A stretch of DNA of 64,000 bases from Mytilus californianus (lineage: Eukaryota). The stretch lies in assembly GCF_021869535.1 (NCBI RefSeq), contig NW_026262582.1:52390001-52454000 (forward strand), in the 5' to 3' direction. The translations under genes and the position numbers were made by a program. Below are positions 23,098 to 36,779 of the stretch, piece after piece; position 1 is the stretch's first letter, and each line of letters begins with the position of its first letter. The notes beneath the pieces were generated by a model. The model made no database searches. It was not told the DNA's origin and was given only the letters and a program-made list of their open reading frames with translations.

Positions 23098-25809
23098 AAT
23101 GTAACGGGGTATTTTCTAGGTAAATACAACACAAACGATGATCTAGGGTTCTTTTCTTTTAATACACTATATTTAGACCCTAAAACATATAACAACAAAT
23201 AATAAATATTCACATGACAAGACAGTACATGTAACATATGGGCAAAGGGGAATAACTACAGTTTATACTCATTCCTTTAAATATCTATATACTCAAATAA
23301 GCCCTTTAATCACAAAAATCTAACTCTTTAGTTAACTTTCCAATACAATATTCATATGTATCTCATAGTAATAAATAATTATATACATCTCAAATCTTTT
23401 AAAGAGTTATCCATTTTATAAATAAATTTGTATACGAAGTATACAAATTCTGACCAACATAAATATATCACATAAACTACAAATGTACACTTCACATAAA
23501 CAGACAATTACTTAAATAAAACTAAACAGCACAGACATTACAAGTAAACAACATAGAACACAATGCTTACCATGTATATGGTACATAGGTCAGTGTAGAA
23601 ATTGGAAACATCACAGTGCTGTGTGTATAAATCTGAGCACTACTCATACATGTCATATGAAAAGGTATTAATCCATATCCTGAATAAATAAAAATATAAC
23701 ATTCATAAGTCCAGTGACAGGACTATTTCACCAATTAAATAAATACACAACTAGATTTAAAATATGTAGTTTCAGAGAACTGTGTTATTCAAATACCAAA
23801 TTTATCTATCTATTACTTTTAATGTAACTTTATAATATTTAAAGTACAAGAATGTTTTATATTAAAATGTTTAATGACTCTGTGTTATTATTTAATGATT
23901 TAATCTTTTACTCTTTCATACTCCAAATATTCCTCCATTCAAATACATACATTCAATCCTTTCATAAAGTATTAAAATGACATACTATTAATTTGTTAAT
24001 TAGAAATAAGGTTAATCAACTGACCTGAATATAAGAATATTGAAAATCCAAGAATATGAAGTATAATATATATAAGAAATCAATTTATCAAGCAGGTTAT
24101 TTTTCACCACTGCATTTCAATATGTCTGCAGTATTAAGCTACCAGAAACAAAGAAAACCTATAGTAAGGCCTAAGGCCTAAAGATTGACCAATCAAAAGG
24201 TTAGAATTTTCCCTCCAAAATGATATGACAGAAAAGAGGTTCACCAAAGGATAAAGAGAATAATACTAGAACAATAGTACTAGAAATAGAAACAATGAGT
24301 AACTAAACTATCAAACATTGCAATAAAATTAATAATCAACAATATCATATTTAATATATATCAATCAAATATGACTCTGCCACAAATATATATGTTTGTG
24401 TGTTTTAATCTTTCATATGCCCCTTTTATTCTGAATCATTTATTTTGACCATTAATACAAAATCATCTATACAATACCATGTACATCCATATCAGTATGA
24501 TTATTAGGAATTTGTGTAACATACAGAGTGAGATATTAATTAGAGGAAACTGACCTTATTTGAAAAAATCAAAGATGTCCACCAACTTATGAATAAAAAT
24601 TATATCAAGGAACAGCACAGCACCATTCAGTTCAAAATATAAGTAAATTCTAACCAAACAATAGAATTTCCCTCCAAAAAAGACATATGACTTAATTAAC
24701 CAATTATCATAAAGAAGAGAGTTTTCATAATACAAACTAGAAATACCTAGAGAGTAAACAACATGAACAAATGCCCAATCTATCAAAATTCAATGATCCA
24801 TGAAGAAGTCTTATAATAGATATAACCACTGATGCATGACTAAAAACTTAACCCAATAAGTACTTAGAATCAAAAACATTAACTCATCAGATATATAATA
24901 TCAAAAAATCAAAGTATGATAAAAAAAAACAAAAGTATGTTAATTAACATATACTACCACATATACATATACATTATGATGGGATTTGATTAACGTTCAG
25001 TGGCAAGCATTTCATGCATATTCAGAAGGAAAACACATTAATAAAAAAATCATTATAAAGTGGACCGACTGCGATGGGCTCCCTTTGAGTTTGTTTAATA
25101 CACAATTGCAAATTTTACCAATTAAGTTGGGCTAAAACCTTTTGAATTTATTTTACACCAGTTATTTTTAAAAACTCTTCCAAACTTCACTAAAATCACG
25201 GTGAAACAGATTCATGTGCATATTTTGAGGTTGCAACAACATAAGTGAGTACTTCTGAAAATGTTACCAAAATGTAAATGCCAAAGAAAGCTCAAAACTG
25301 CAGTTTGGTAGATGTTGGCAATTTTTAGTTGTAATCACATAAGACATAAAGCTTTTATTTTAAGTCGGTATATGCAATCCCAATTACAAACATAAGCTCT
25401 GAATAGCTTTTGAAACCGACAAAACAAAAGCACAACAAACAAAATATACATATCAAGTCATGCACACATACAATTAAACATAGAAAGCAAAAGTTCATAT
25501 AATGCAAACATACACCACAAAAGTTCTATCAAGCAGCTTAAACACATGCACTTATGGGGTATAAAAACACAAAAGCAAAGGTAAAAGGGTTCGCAACATA
25601 AAAACACATAGAGCCTAGTCGAGTAACTAAAATAAGCACAAAATAGCAAAAGCACTATAAGTTGAAAAAATATTTGCCATGCTGAAAACAAAGCATTAAA
25701 CTAAGACGATGAACAGAATTAACTGGTTTTGCAGGCAAAGCATTGGCATAAGCTGCCAGACCAACAATTTATCAAGTTCTTGAATTGATTTAAAGATGAT
25801 TGCTTACGC

Positions 25810-26545
25810 AGCTCATTCTAAAGTTAGCACCCGCATACTTAAAGATTGTAGGCATGTGGTAAGTCTGCCGTGTTCTGGTATCTTAAAGAGAAAGCGTTTT
25901 CCTTTAAGTGCATGGATTAAATCAAGAAGATAAACAGTGCATCCTTTGTTAATAATTTTGAAAACTTCAATAGCCGATGATCTCATCCTTCTAATTTTCA
26001 AACATGGTAATTCTGATTTGCGCAGTAGATCTTCATAACTTGCTGAATAGTCTTCATGAATAAATCTTAGAGCTCTCTCTTGAATTTTCTCAATCCTTTT
26101 TGTATTAACCTCCCCACAAAAGTGCCAAACACGGAAAACTAGTGGGCTGTAATTCAAGTTGGACATTATGAAAGTTTATAGTCAGGTGTTTTCCAATTTC
26201 TTTTTAATACATATATATGCCTTCTTAGTTACATATTATGTTCATTGGAATTTAGTTTAAAGTCTGTTGTTACTCCTAAAAATTAAACTCCATTTTCGCA
26301 TTCTATTTCAATACCTTCTAAATTAGATTTCAAGTTTTTGTATTGTTTTTTTACCCACAGCTATCGCATGAAATTTTTCTGGATTAGCTTTCGTTTTATT
26401 TACTGAGAACCAATTAATCAACATTTTTCCCATCTTCTAGAGTATTGAAATATATTTATCCAGGTCGTTATCTGCGTAGGAAATGCTGTTGTTATCTGCA
26501 TAATTATAGAGTTCACTTTTATGAATAAGTAGAAAATGTCCCCAA
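25810..26545 (-). pseudogene. Decayed CR1/L2-type LINE ORF2 (RT C-terminal half)
   Basis: LYNYADN (degenerate YADD), WFSVNKTKANPEKF, VWHFC...IEKIQERALR. Contains stops and frameshifts. Confidence 0.85.
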
Positions 26546-27379
26546 AAAAAATTGAACTCATGGGCAATATACTTACAGGTCTATAGTTTCCTTTATCTAA
26601 AGTGTTTCGAAATTGGATAGAATAATTCAGATTCAGATTTTGTTTTTTTAATTTTAGTTCATTTATATGTTTCGGGGTTTAGTGTGACGTCCATTTTCAA
26701 TGAACTATTACACATTTTTGTTTAGGGGCCAGCGGGATTTTCTCGCTGTGTTGAAGACCCATCGGTGGCCTTGGGCTGTTTTCTGCTTTATGGTCGAGTT
26801 GTTGTCTCTTTGACACATTCCCCATTTCCATTCTCAATTTTATCAGATAGTTTTAATGTTTTTTGAAGAAATTCCATCTTTTCCTGTTGCCTTTTTAATA
26901 TTATTTTTTTTTAACTAACTCAGAATTTATACTGGGCTAAAATATAGTTCTTCTTTTTCTGGTTTGTTTTCTTTAATTACTTTTATACTTGATGGTGTTC
27001 GATCATCAATAATTGTATCTTTTGAGTCGATATCTTTGGCAACATTTATAAAAAAAAAATGAAATATTTCAGCAACTTCATTTTGATTATTATTTTGTTG
27101 TCCTCACATGAGATTAGATTTGAAAAATGTTATCCTTTTTTTGGTTAAGAAGGCTTGGTTGTTTGCAAAAAATCCTTGCGGATTCTCTATAAAGGAACAA
27201 ACAGGATCACAATTTACCAATAGTCCTATATTTTATGAATATATCATTTTACATATAGACAGGTGTCACCTATATGAAACAGGAACGTCTGTTTTTCCCG
27301 CGGCCCCTTAGTTCGTCACTATTTTTCATGTGGTTCGTGTTAATTAATTGCTGTTTCTTTTTTTCACGAAGTATAATTG

Positions 27380-27605
27380 TAAAAGAGAGGCGAAAGATAC
27401 CAAAGGGACATTCAAACTCATAAGTCGAAAATATACTGACAAAGCCATGGCTAAAAAAGAAAAAGACAAACAGACAAACAATAGTACACAAAACACAACA
27501 TAGAAAACTAAAGACTGGGCAACACGAACCCCACAAAAAACTAGGGGTGATCTCAGGTGCTCTGGAAGGGTAAGAATATTCTGCTCCACATGTGGCACCC
27601 GTCGT
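27380..27605. repeat. Dispersed SINE-like repeat, second copy at ~56225-56435
   Basis: Two similar copies with the block GGGACATT(C/T)AAACTCATAAGTCGAAAAT...ATCTCAGGTGCTC. Confidence 0.65.
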
Positions 27606-29531
27606 AAACTGTTTTTTGGCTTTTTTTCCATGACGTTGTTAGTCTTTCTTAGACTGGTTTTTTGTTTTCTCTATGATATCTCGATCTGTTTTTTATTTCA
27701 CTATGATATCTCATTACTTTTTGGGACATCAGAAAAAAATAAAGACCATTCAACATGGAAAATAACTAGAGGCTCTTAAGAGCCTGTGTCACTCACATGC
27801 TTCTTCAACAATGGCCACTATTTGATAAAATTCTTCATGGAAGGGCAATAACTCTATAAAGAGTAAACTGACAATTTCAGTCATGTTGACGTATTTGAAG
27901 ATCTTGTTCTGCTGATCATTTTTGCTTTTTAAAGTTTCTATATATATTTGTATCTATTTTTCTTTTCAAGTTAATAGGCAAAAACTTTAAAAAATGGTAA
28001 AAATCGTCTTTAAAGTGCAATAACTCCAATAATGAGTCGACTGAAGATTTCAGCTATGATTGCTTATTTGTAAATCTTGTCTTGCTGATCAATTTGCTGT
28101 TCAAAGTTTTTATCTATCCATTATAACTTTCAAGATAATAGGCAAAAATGCTAAAAATGGGGAAAATCGTCATTATAGAGCAATTACTTCAATAAGAAGT
28201 CATCTGACGATTCCAGCCATGTTGACTTATTGGTAGATCTTGCATTGCAGATCACTTTTCCTAATTAAAGTTTCTCTCTATCTGTTACAGTTTTCAAAAT
28301 AATATTCAAAAATTAAACAAATTGGTGACGTACTCCATGCAATTTTTAACATTTTTACCTATCATTTCTGTTTGTTTTGCTCACTCATTGTTGATAAAGG
28401 ACTTTCCGTTTTGAATTTTCCTTGGAGTTCGGTATTTTTTTATTTTTACCTTCTAAGGACAATAACTCCTATAAGAAGTCGTCCGTAGATGGACATACGG
28501 TAGATCTCAATATTCTGGACATTTCTGCCCTGTTAGGTTTTCAAGATACAATAACTTGCATTTTACCCCCCATGTTCAATTTTCAGCCATGTTGGTCGGC
28601 AGGCTGGGTCATCGGACACATTTTTAAAACTAGATACCCTAATAATACTTCAATGAACGAAGAAGATTGTGACCATTTTCATCTTAATGAAGATGACTAC
28701 AACATTCTTCTTGATCAGTGTCAATTGGTTCGCCGAGGACGAAAATGAGACTGACAATGTTGACCAAGTTGTTCCTCATAGAATTGTGTCGGAAAACTAC
28801 GTTCTTCCCACCAGTAGAACTAGATCGGGAAGAACAATCGGCTGGCGTCATGACCGATTAGGATGGTAGATCTGATAAAATAAAATGCCCAAATTACATG
28901 TCTGTTATTAAACATAAACTGCTGACTGTTGGTCCCACCAACCAAGGTCAGCCATACTGTTTTTCCGGCCATCTGTCACGTACACTTTTGTCTTCTTTAT
29001 TATATTCCACTACACGCAGTAGAGAAGTATTACATGGTTGGGTATCCGTCCGTACTTCCATCTGTCTGACCGTCCCATGGTGGTATCCAGATGAAAACTT
29101 GAGAACGGATCAAAAATTTATTTCATTTGTTCCCAATTGTTTAGCACTATAAAGTACAAGTTAAGTTCGATTTTCATCTTAAATCAATATGCAGTTTTCA
29201 AATAATCAATTTTTAACTATTTGTGACCCTTTTTGTACTATAGTCGGTTAGAAGTCTTCTTTTCTTTGTTTCTAGAGCCTGATAAGCTATCAAATTGTCA
29301 AGTAATGATCATTTTTGGACCATTTTTGTTTCTTAAAACAGATTTAAGTTGGTCTGGGTAATTGCTTCAAATACACTATGGACACTATGGGTGATGGTCA
29401 TCACAAGCACATAGGACACTAGCTACTAGCGTCTCTGTGTGTGCTCCAAAGAGACAAATGTATCCAAGTAAGGTTGATGATCAGTTTCATATTTTATGTC
29501 CGACAACATTGATGCGGTAAATATAGTTTTT

Positions 29532-31904
29532 CACTGAAAATTTAAATTAGTCACTATGACTATTCAGTTAGTCAAATATTAGCCGAAAGGTAGTCAACAG
29601 CATATATGACTACCCATCAAGTCATTGTGACTACCTGCACGGTCAATTTGACTTTGTTAGTGGTCACAGCACCACGTGGTGTAGAGTATCAGTTTTCACG
29701 CGCACTCTTTCGCGTTCCCTTTGTTCCCTAGATCGTGTAGATGTAAACAAACCAGGAGGCATGAAACTGTTATTTTGTCAATTAAACCAATTGTTTAAAG
29801 TAAGTATTATGTATATTTGTTTTAATTATAACTTACAAAAATTAAATTTAAGAAAAAGTGTAATGAATGTAAAATCGGCACATGTTGACGTAATGACAAT
29901 AAAAAAGGGGGAAGTATGTATACGGGATATCAATTCTGATACACATACAACGTATTGTCGGTTGAAAAGAGTATTTAGCGATATCTTTTTTTCACCTGAC
30001 CAAAAACTGTTGAAAATAAATTTAACACTGTAATCGATATTCACAACAAAAATTAAAAAAAAAACTCAGATTGGCTGTCAAATTCCTGCTGCTTACATTA
30101 CAATGCTGTAATATAGGATGGGTGGCTGTCAAGATCCTGGTGCTTACATTACAATGTTGTGTTATAAGATGGATGGCTGTCAAGATCTTGGTGCTTACAT
30201 TACAATGTTGTGTTATAAGATGGGTGGCTGTCAAGATCCTGGTGCTTACATTACAATGTTGTGGTATAAGATGGGTGGCTGTCAAGATCCTGGTGCTTAC
30301 ATTACAATGTTGTGGTATAAGATGGGTGGCTGTCAAGATCCCGGTGCTTACATTACAATGTTGTGGTATAAGATGGGTGGCTGTCAAGATCCTGGTGCTT
30401 ACATTACAATGTTGTGGTATAAGATGGGTGGCTGTCAAGATCCTGGTGCTTACATTACAATGTTGTGGTATAAGATGGGTGGCTGTCAAGATCCCGGTGC
30501 TTACATTACAATGTGTGGTATAAGATGGGTGGCTGTCAAGATCCTGGTGCTTACATTACAATGTTGTGGTATAAGATGGGTGGCTGTCAAGATCATAGTG
30601 CTTACATTTCAATGTTGTGATATAGGATGGGTGGCTGTCAAGATCCCGGTGCTTACATTACAATGTTGTGGTATAAGATGGGTGGCTGTCAAGATCCTGG
30701 TGCTAACATTACAATGTTGTGGTATAAGATGGGTGGCTGTCAAGATCCTGGTGCTTACATTACAATGTTGTGGTATAAGATGGGTGGCTGTCAAGATCCC
30801 GGTGCTTACATTACAATGTTGTGGTATAAGATGGGTGGCTGTCAAGATCCTGGTGCTTACATTACAATGTTGTGGTATAAGATGGGTGGCTGTCAAGATC
30901 ATAGTGCTTACATTTCAATGTTGTGATATAGGATGGGTGGCTGTCAAGATCCCGGTGCTTACATTACAAAATAATAGTATAAGATGAGTGAATAAATCAC
31001 TAGATCAAAGATTTTAAAATTTGTTTCATTCTTTTAACTTTTAACATGACTGATATACTTGTTTATTGTTATATTTTAGCTTTTAAAATGAAATAATTAT
31101 ATTTTTCAGCAAATGAAGACATTGCTATATTTGTATGAACACAGCTGAGAGATTTTTGACCAGAGAGAATATTACACTGACACATGCAGAGTTGATACCG
31201 ACAAAATATCTAAAATTAACACTTCAAATTCTGACATACTGAAAATGTATAAATTATATATTGAAGTTGGGATATCATAATGTATGTAACAATGAGTTTA
31301 TAATAAATATATTTTCTTTATTTGAATTTTAGACTTTAATATATGTCACTGAGTAATGGTAACACATGGAAACTTAAGATATAGGAAGGTTTTGAACATT
31401 GAGCACTTTGTGGTCATATACTGATGTCATTGTTAGTTTTGCTGCTGTGGTATTTTTAATGATATTATATTCCAAATAACAGAAGAAATGAAACATAAAA
31501 GTACAAAACGGATGGAAACACACACAAAGTAAAATGGTAGAACAAAAAACACAACACAAATTAAAATAACAGTCTAACAGTCGTGACTGTTCACAGTAAT
31601 CATGTTGACTAACCAACATGGTCACTTTCGACCATTTCAATAAGTCATATGGACTGCATTCAATTGTCAAACTGACAAATGTGCATAGTCAATTGAACAA
31701 TCCAATTCGTCATAACGAGTATAACATATAGTCATTTTGACTTCCTAACATAGTCATAAATACCAGCCTACTCAGTCAAATGTGACTAACCATCTAGTCA
31801 AACGACTAAGAGCATAGTCAAAATGATTAAAATGCATTGTCATCTAGAGGACAGTCAAAATGACCAATTAAATTGGTCAAATTGACTAATTTAGGTTTTC
31901 AGTG
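29532..31904. mobile_element. Non-autonomous CACTA/EnSpm (CMC)-like DNA transposon carrying a minisatellite
   Basis: TIRs CACTGAAAAttTAAATTAGTCA and CACTGAAAAccTAAATTAGTCA (reverse complement). TT on both flanks (2-bp TSD). Dense TGACT/AGTCA subterminal motifs at both ends. Confidence 0.75.
30070..30985. repeat. 51-bp minisatellite, ~18 copies (AAGATGGGTGGCTGTCAAGATCCTGGTGCTTACATTACAATGTTGTGGTAT)
   Basis: Direct tandem repeats. One variant unit recurs 306 bp (6 units) apart. Confidence 0.95.
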
Positions 31905-34900
31905 TTCGGTCTGTTCTTCCATCCGTTTGTTCGTCAGTTACACTTTGGTTAACCTTGGCGTTTAAGATGATTTCCTAAAAATTTTCAAATCGAATCTTCA
32001 TGAAATTTTGTACCGTACTCTTTATTTATCATGATATGGACTAACAACTGTGTAAAAATGGGGGGGGGGGGGGATGGGTTCCATCGAAAATGGAAATAAG
32101 CGCCGAGTGGGACACCCCTGTCTTCAAGACATTTCCTTGTTGCCATCAGTCTATAGATCGTGTTCAAAGTATCTCAGTAGGTAAATCCAGCTCTACACCC
32201 CCGTTGATTTTATAAGAGTTCTGGGGGCTTGCTCAATATGAATGTTGTGTTGGATTAGTGAAATACTGAACGTTTGGTTGAAACTACTGTTCTGAAAAAT
32301 CGAAAAGTTCAAGTCCTGTTTTGGTCTCAATATGGAAAAAAACGGATATGGGTTAATGACACGAAGACATCACATATCGATCATTAAATGCCATACAAGA
32401 AAAAGGCTAGAGCTGACGACACGAACTTCAATAGAGCAGGAACTTCCCACTTACAGACAGCCATCTCTGGATGGCGTCAAACAAAACAAGAACAACCGAA
32501 CCCAAGGGCACAGCAAAATGTCCAAATAACTAATTTAAAACTAAAAGGTTTAATCAGGAACATATACGTCCCTGGTTTAATAACACAAGAATCGACACAA
32601 TGACTTAAATGGATCCTTCAAATATAAAAACGACTACCGACCTCTATGTTAGAAAAAAACGACCTGCGACCTGTACATTTCCCTTAAAAACGACCTCGCG
32701 ACCTGAGGGGGTACCCTGTGGGAGCCCCAATAACAAGTGAAACCGTACTAAAAAATACTGTCATTAACAACAACAAACATTGCTACAATCACAGAGCACG
32801 ATTAAATACTTTGCTGGAAAAATGTCTATAAACACTTAATGTGCATTCCAATTTTCGTGGATTTGGGGGAAATGGTATTTTCGTGGATATTAGATATCAT
32901 CGTTTTGAAAAAGTCTGCACACACTGAACACGTATATAGAACATTTGTACTTGGTTGGACATTTAAATTCGTGGTGTACCCTTACCCACGAAACCACGAA
33001 AATTGGTAGCTTACGAATAATAATGAATCAGTATGCAGATTGAAGATCTAGAAAAGGTAAAGAATATTTTATCTTTGGTGACAAGGTTCAGTCACTACTG
33101 TTACTAAAAAAAATAAAAAAATGGAAACAAGGTTTCTGGATGGTCTCTTAAGTTCTCTTTATTGATTGGAATGGAAGTTGTACAAATGAAAGATATAGGG
33201 AAGGAAAAGAAACATACTAATTTTGGGATTAATAGGTTAAAGAGCAATGTCAACATGATGTTACTCAAAATAGAATATAGTATTGTCAAATATAAATTTG
33301 TTATTGTTAATTTTGAGATGGTAACTAGTTTTCTTTTTTTGTTTATAATCAAACGTGTGCATATGGAAGATTCATAGAAGGGTGAAAGGTCAAGGTCTCA
33401 GCTGCTAGAAATAGACTAAATATTAGGAAAAAATAATTGTAATTTACTGTTTTGAGGTACACTTGTACAAGTTGTTGAGAGTGGAAAAGGAAAGGAAACC
33501 TCTCTTTTAGGTCAGTTGGCCAAAACTCAAGGTCATAGTTGCTAAGGATAGCTGTACATTGTATGAAAGTTTTGGTGTGTGAATATGTTGTAATTGTTCT
33601 TAAAATTTTTTACTAGGCATTCTCTTCCAGACATGACCAATCACCTAGTTGTTTTAGATTGCCTTAACGTAGTGCATGTACTTAATTATTGGTGCTTCTT
33701 TCGACCAACTCTGCAGGTCAGTGAAAGTTCTGACCAAATTGCAATATGTTTAATCAAATTACTGTTCAACAAGTCAGAAGTTTTAACAATGTTATCAATG
33801 GGAGTAGTGTAAAGTGAAATAGGAAAGCCTACTAATGACCCTATTAGATTTTATTTCCACTACAGGTCTACTATTACTAATATTGCTGCTTATACTAGTT
33901 CATATTTATTGTATTGTCATTTCAAATGTAAAGTAGTAAAGCAGAACTATAATCAACTCTATTTGATGTATGGAATGATTGTAATATGTAACTGTCTGTC
34001 TGGCAAGTTTCCTCTTGTCTTGACGTCATGTCAATGTCAAAAGAAACCTACCAGACGGACATTATGTCAATGTTACTGAGTTATCATGGCTTCGTTTGTT
34101 TCTCAGTTACTATTAGCAATAGGTCAACTATGCAAGTCTACATGTTTGTCAAAGTTAAGTATGTGTATGGAATGATTGCAAAGTGTACACGTCTTTCAGA
34201 CAGGATGCATCTGACCTTGACCTCATTTTTATGGATCATTGGTCAGTTAGTTTTCCTGGTAATGTCTGTTTCTGAGATATGACGCAAGTTACGACTGATC
34301 GATAGTAATTTATTTAGATTGATAGACGAGACTCTTCAGTGTATACATTCTTTATCTTTTCATGTTACATTGTTGTCTTGAAATTGAAATCTAAAGTACT
34401 CAGTGAAATATATTTTAAAATCGTTTCACGAAGTTTTACAGGGAGATAAGATCTTCCAAATGGTTGCCCGTTAACATTATTGACTTGACTGTAGATCTCA
34501 TGGTTTTCGTCATTGTTATATAGCAGCATCTTTTTGAATAAAACCTGATTTTGTTTGGAGTCATATTTTTTTTGGAACTACGACAGGTACATGTATTTCT
34601 GGTTAGGTTTATATGACCATGACCTCATTTTCTTGGATCATGTTAAGTTTATGTGATACTTTAAGTAAAGCTTTACATTTAGGACTATCAACATAAAATC
34701 AATGGTCAGTAAAAATGGCGAGACATTTCAGCGTGTGAACTCTTGTTATCTAGCAACAATGTGGTGTGCTGACAATTTTTTTTTATTAAAAGTATTTGTA
34801 CTTATAATCTCTGGAAAATCTTTTGACAATGTGAATTCTATTGGTTCCGAACATATTTTTGATTGTGACCCTGCGAATGAAACAAATCAAGGAAAATTGT

Positions 34901-36198
34901 GCCTTTTTTACATTAATTCCAATTTGCTAATATTCTTTTTTTTATTTCAATGTTCAGCCAACAAAATCTAGACTAAGAGGCGCTTAAGAGCCAGTGTTGC
35001 ACACATCTGAAAAATGGCCATTCTCCAACATGATATAATTCATGACTTTAATAAAATTTTCCATGTAATTAATATTTCCAAGGGGCATAACTCTTAAAAA
35101 TTATTGATCGGCACTGATTTTCAAATTCATCCAAAACATTGCTAATATAAACCCATCATTTAAGTTGCATAAACATCTTGCAAGAATTGTACACATGAGA
35201 GTGCTAATGATGCAATTTTCCATAAAATTAATGTATCCAAGGGGCATAACTTTTTTTAAATAATTGATCGGCACTGATTTTCGAACTCGTCCTAGACATT
35301 GCTAATATAAACCAATGATACAAGTTTCATAAAAATCTGACAAGAATTGTTCACATGAGAGCGCTAACAAGAAGGATGGACGCCTGGTATTTCCATGTCC
35401 CGGACAACAAATATAATGCACTGTATGATAGTTGTATAAAAAGAAAATAGGTAGATCTCATTTTGAACATTTCTGTTGTCAGATTTTCTCAATCCTCTAC
35501 AGTTCACAAGATAATAAACAGTACTTGCATGTTGCCAACATGTTCTATTTAAACTTTAATGGTCATTTTGGTTGACTGGCTGGATCACAGTGCACCTTTT
35601 TTAAACTAGATAGCCCAAGGATGATTTTGCCAGGTTTGGTTCTATTTGGCCCAGTAGTTTCAAAGAATATTTTTTTTTAAAGTTTAAGATAATATAAAGT
35701 TTATGAGCTGTTTATATCACAATGTATTGTTACGTTTTAGAGATTGACTTTTGCTTCAAAGAACCACCTTTACATGGCAATTTCTTAAATGCTTTCAATG
35801 TTCATGTATTCTAGAGTGTGAATACAGTAGCGATAGACAAGCCCATAATTGAAGGTTAAAAATTGCCACTTTCATCCCAATTCTATGCAAAAGATTACTA
35901 AATGCTACCTTAATTTGTGTGTGTAGTTAATATATTTCAAAAGATGAAAACCATAAAGTTTTTCACAATAGCATTATAATGTACATCTGGTAAATAAAAA
36001 TAAGTATATTATGTACGTTTAAATTCAAGTAATCAATGTACCTCTGTGGCTACAAGAATGTTAAAAAAAAAAGAAAGAAAAAGTAGCCTAAGTTGCTGTG
36101 AAGCGAAAGTCAGATGAAATAAAAAGTATATCTAAATAACAGGATGTAATATCCCAGAAAAATAACACTGTAAACACTGTATGACATTTATTAACAGT

Positions 36199-36321
36199 TT
36201 ATGTCCTTTGTGGGGGACCGCCTCCTCCGCCGCCGCCGCCACCACCACCACCACCACCCTGGCCACCGCCTCCTCCGGTACCTGCTCCAGCTCCAGCACC
36301 TTGTCTGGGTGGACCTCCGTC
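36199..36321 (-). CDS. RPS26: RPS26 last exon, 40-aa Gly-rich tail (DGGPPRQGAGAGAGTGGGGGQ-G14-PPQRT*)
   Basis: CTTTTCAG acceptor, phase 0 matching exon 3, TAA at 36201-36199, AATAAA on the minus strand at 36192-36187. Confidence 0.85.
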   Translation of the reverse strand, partial: DGGPPRQGAGAGAGTGGGGGQGGGGGGGGGGGGGGPPQRT

Positions 36322-36779
36322 CTGAAAAGATAAACAAGTGTATTCAGTCCTGTAAATACTCTTCTATGCAAGAACCTTCAAAATTCACGGAGCAAGCTCA
36401 AATAACATCACTTTAAACAAAAGGGTTGCAAATTTCCAATTCATATACTTTAAATCAAATTCAAAGGGTATTGGGGCTCATACAGGCCAAAATATATTTT
36501 TACACATTAATGAATGATAAATATATATATATATTTTACTGGGCTTAATGAATATAAAAAAAAAGTCTTAAGATTTCCGTTATTTGTTTCAGTAATAATA
36601 TTTCTGTATAAAATGTTATGATATTCATACTAACAACTAGGCACACAGTGACAAATAAAAGACTTCCTTTCTTTATTTATGACAACTATGATTCAAAGTT
36701 GATGAGCAAGTGTCAGAAGAAAACCGACCATCGCCCTGAATGGAATTTTTCACAGAATATTTGCAAAAAGGCATAATAA

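Larger units (their letters stand above)
17474..23105 (-). mobile_element. Ty3/Gypsy LTR retrotransposon, 3'-truncated (no integrase, no 3' LTR). The 5' LTR extends beyond 23105 to an undetermined end.
   Basis: LTR end ...GTTACA at 23100, 2-nt spacer, PBS TGGCGCCCA at 23097-23089, 2.1-kb leader, gag, then PR-RT-RH. Confidence 0.95.

Noticed and set aside
28650-28890. Coding-like stretch ending RTRSGRTIGWRHDRLGW* followed by AATAAA
   Set aside because: It starts abruptly at a repeat junction, needs a frameshift, has no acceptor, and I recognise no homology. Probably a TE fragment.
30070-30985. Possible CRISPR-like array
   Set aside because: Units are head-to-tail with no unique spacers, the context is eukaryotic, and there are no cas genes.
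30022-30987. Six overlapping repeat ORFs, up to 289 aa
   Set aside because: They arise from a 51-bp unit that lacks stops in several frames. A 1-nt deletion near 30514 switches frames, and there are no splice or promoter signals.
36132-36416. ORFs 36132-36371 (-) and 36201-36416 (+) with poly-Val/Ala or poly-His/Arg
   Set aside because: Alternative readings of the GGN-rich RPS26 last exon. Only the Gly frame fits the splice phase.
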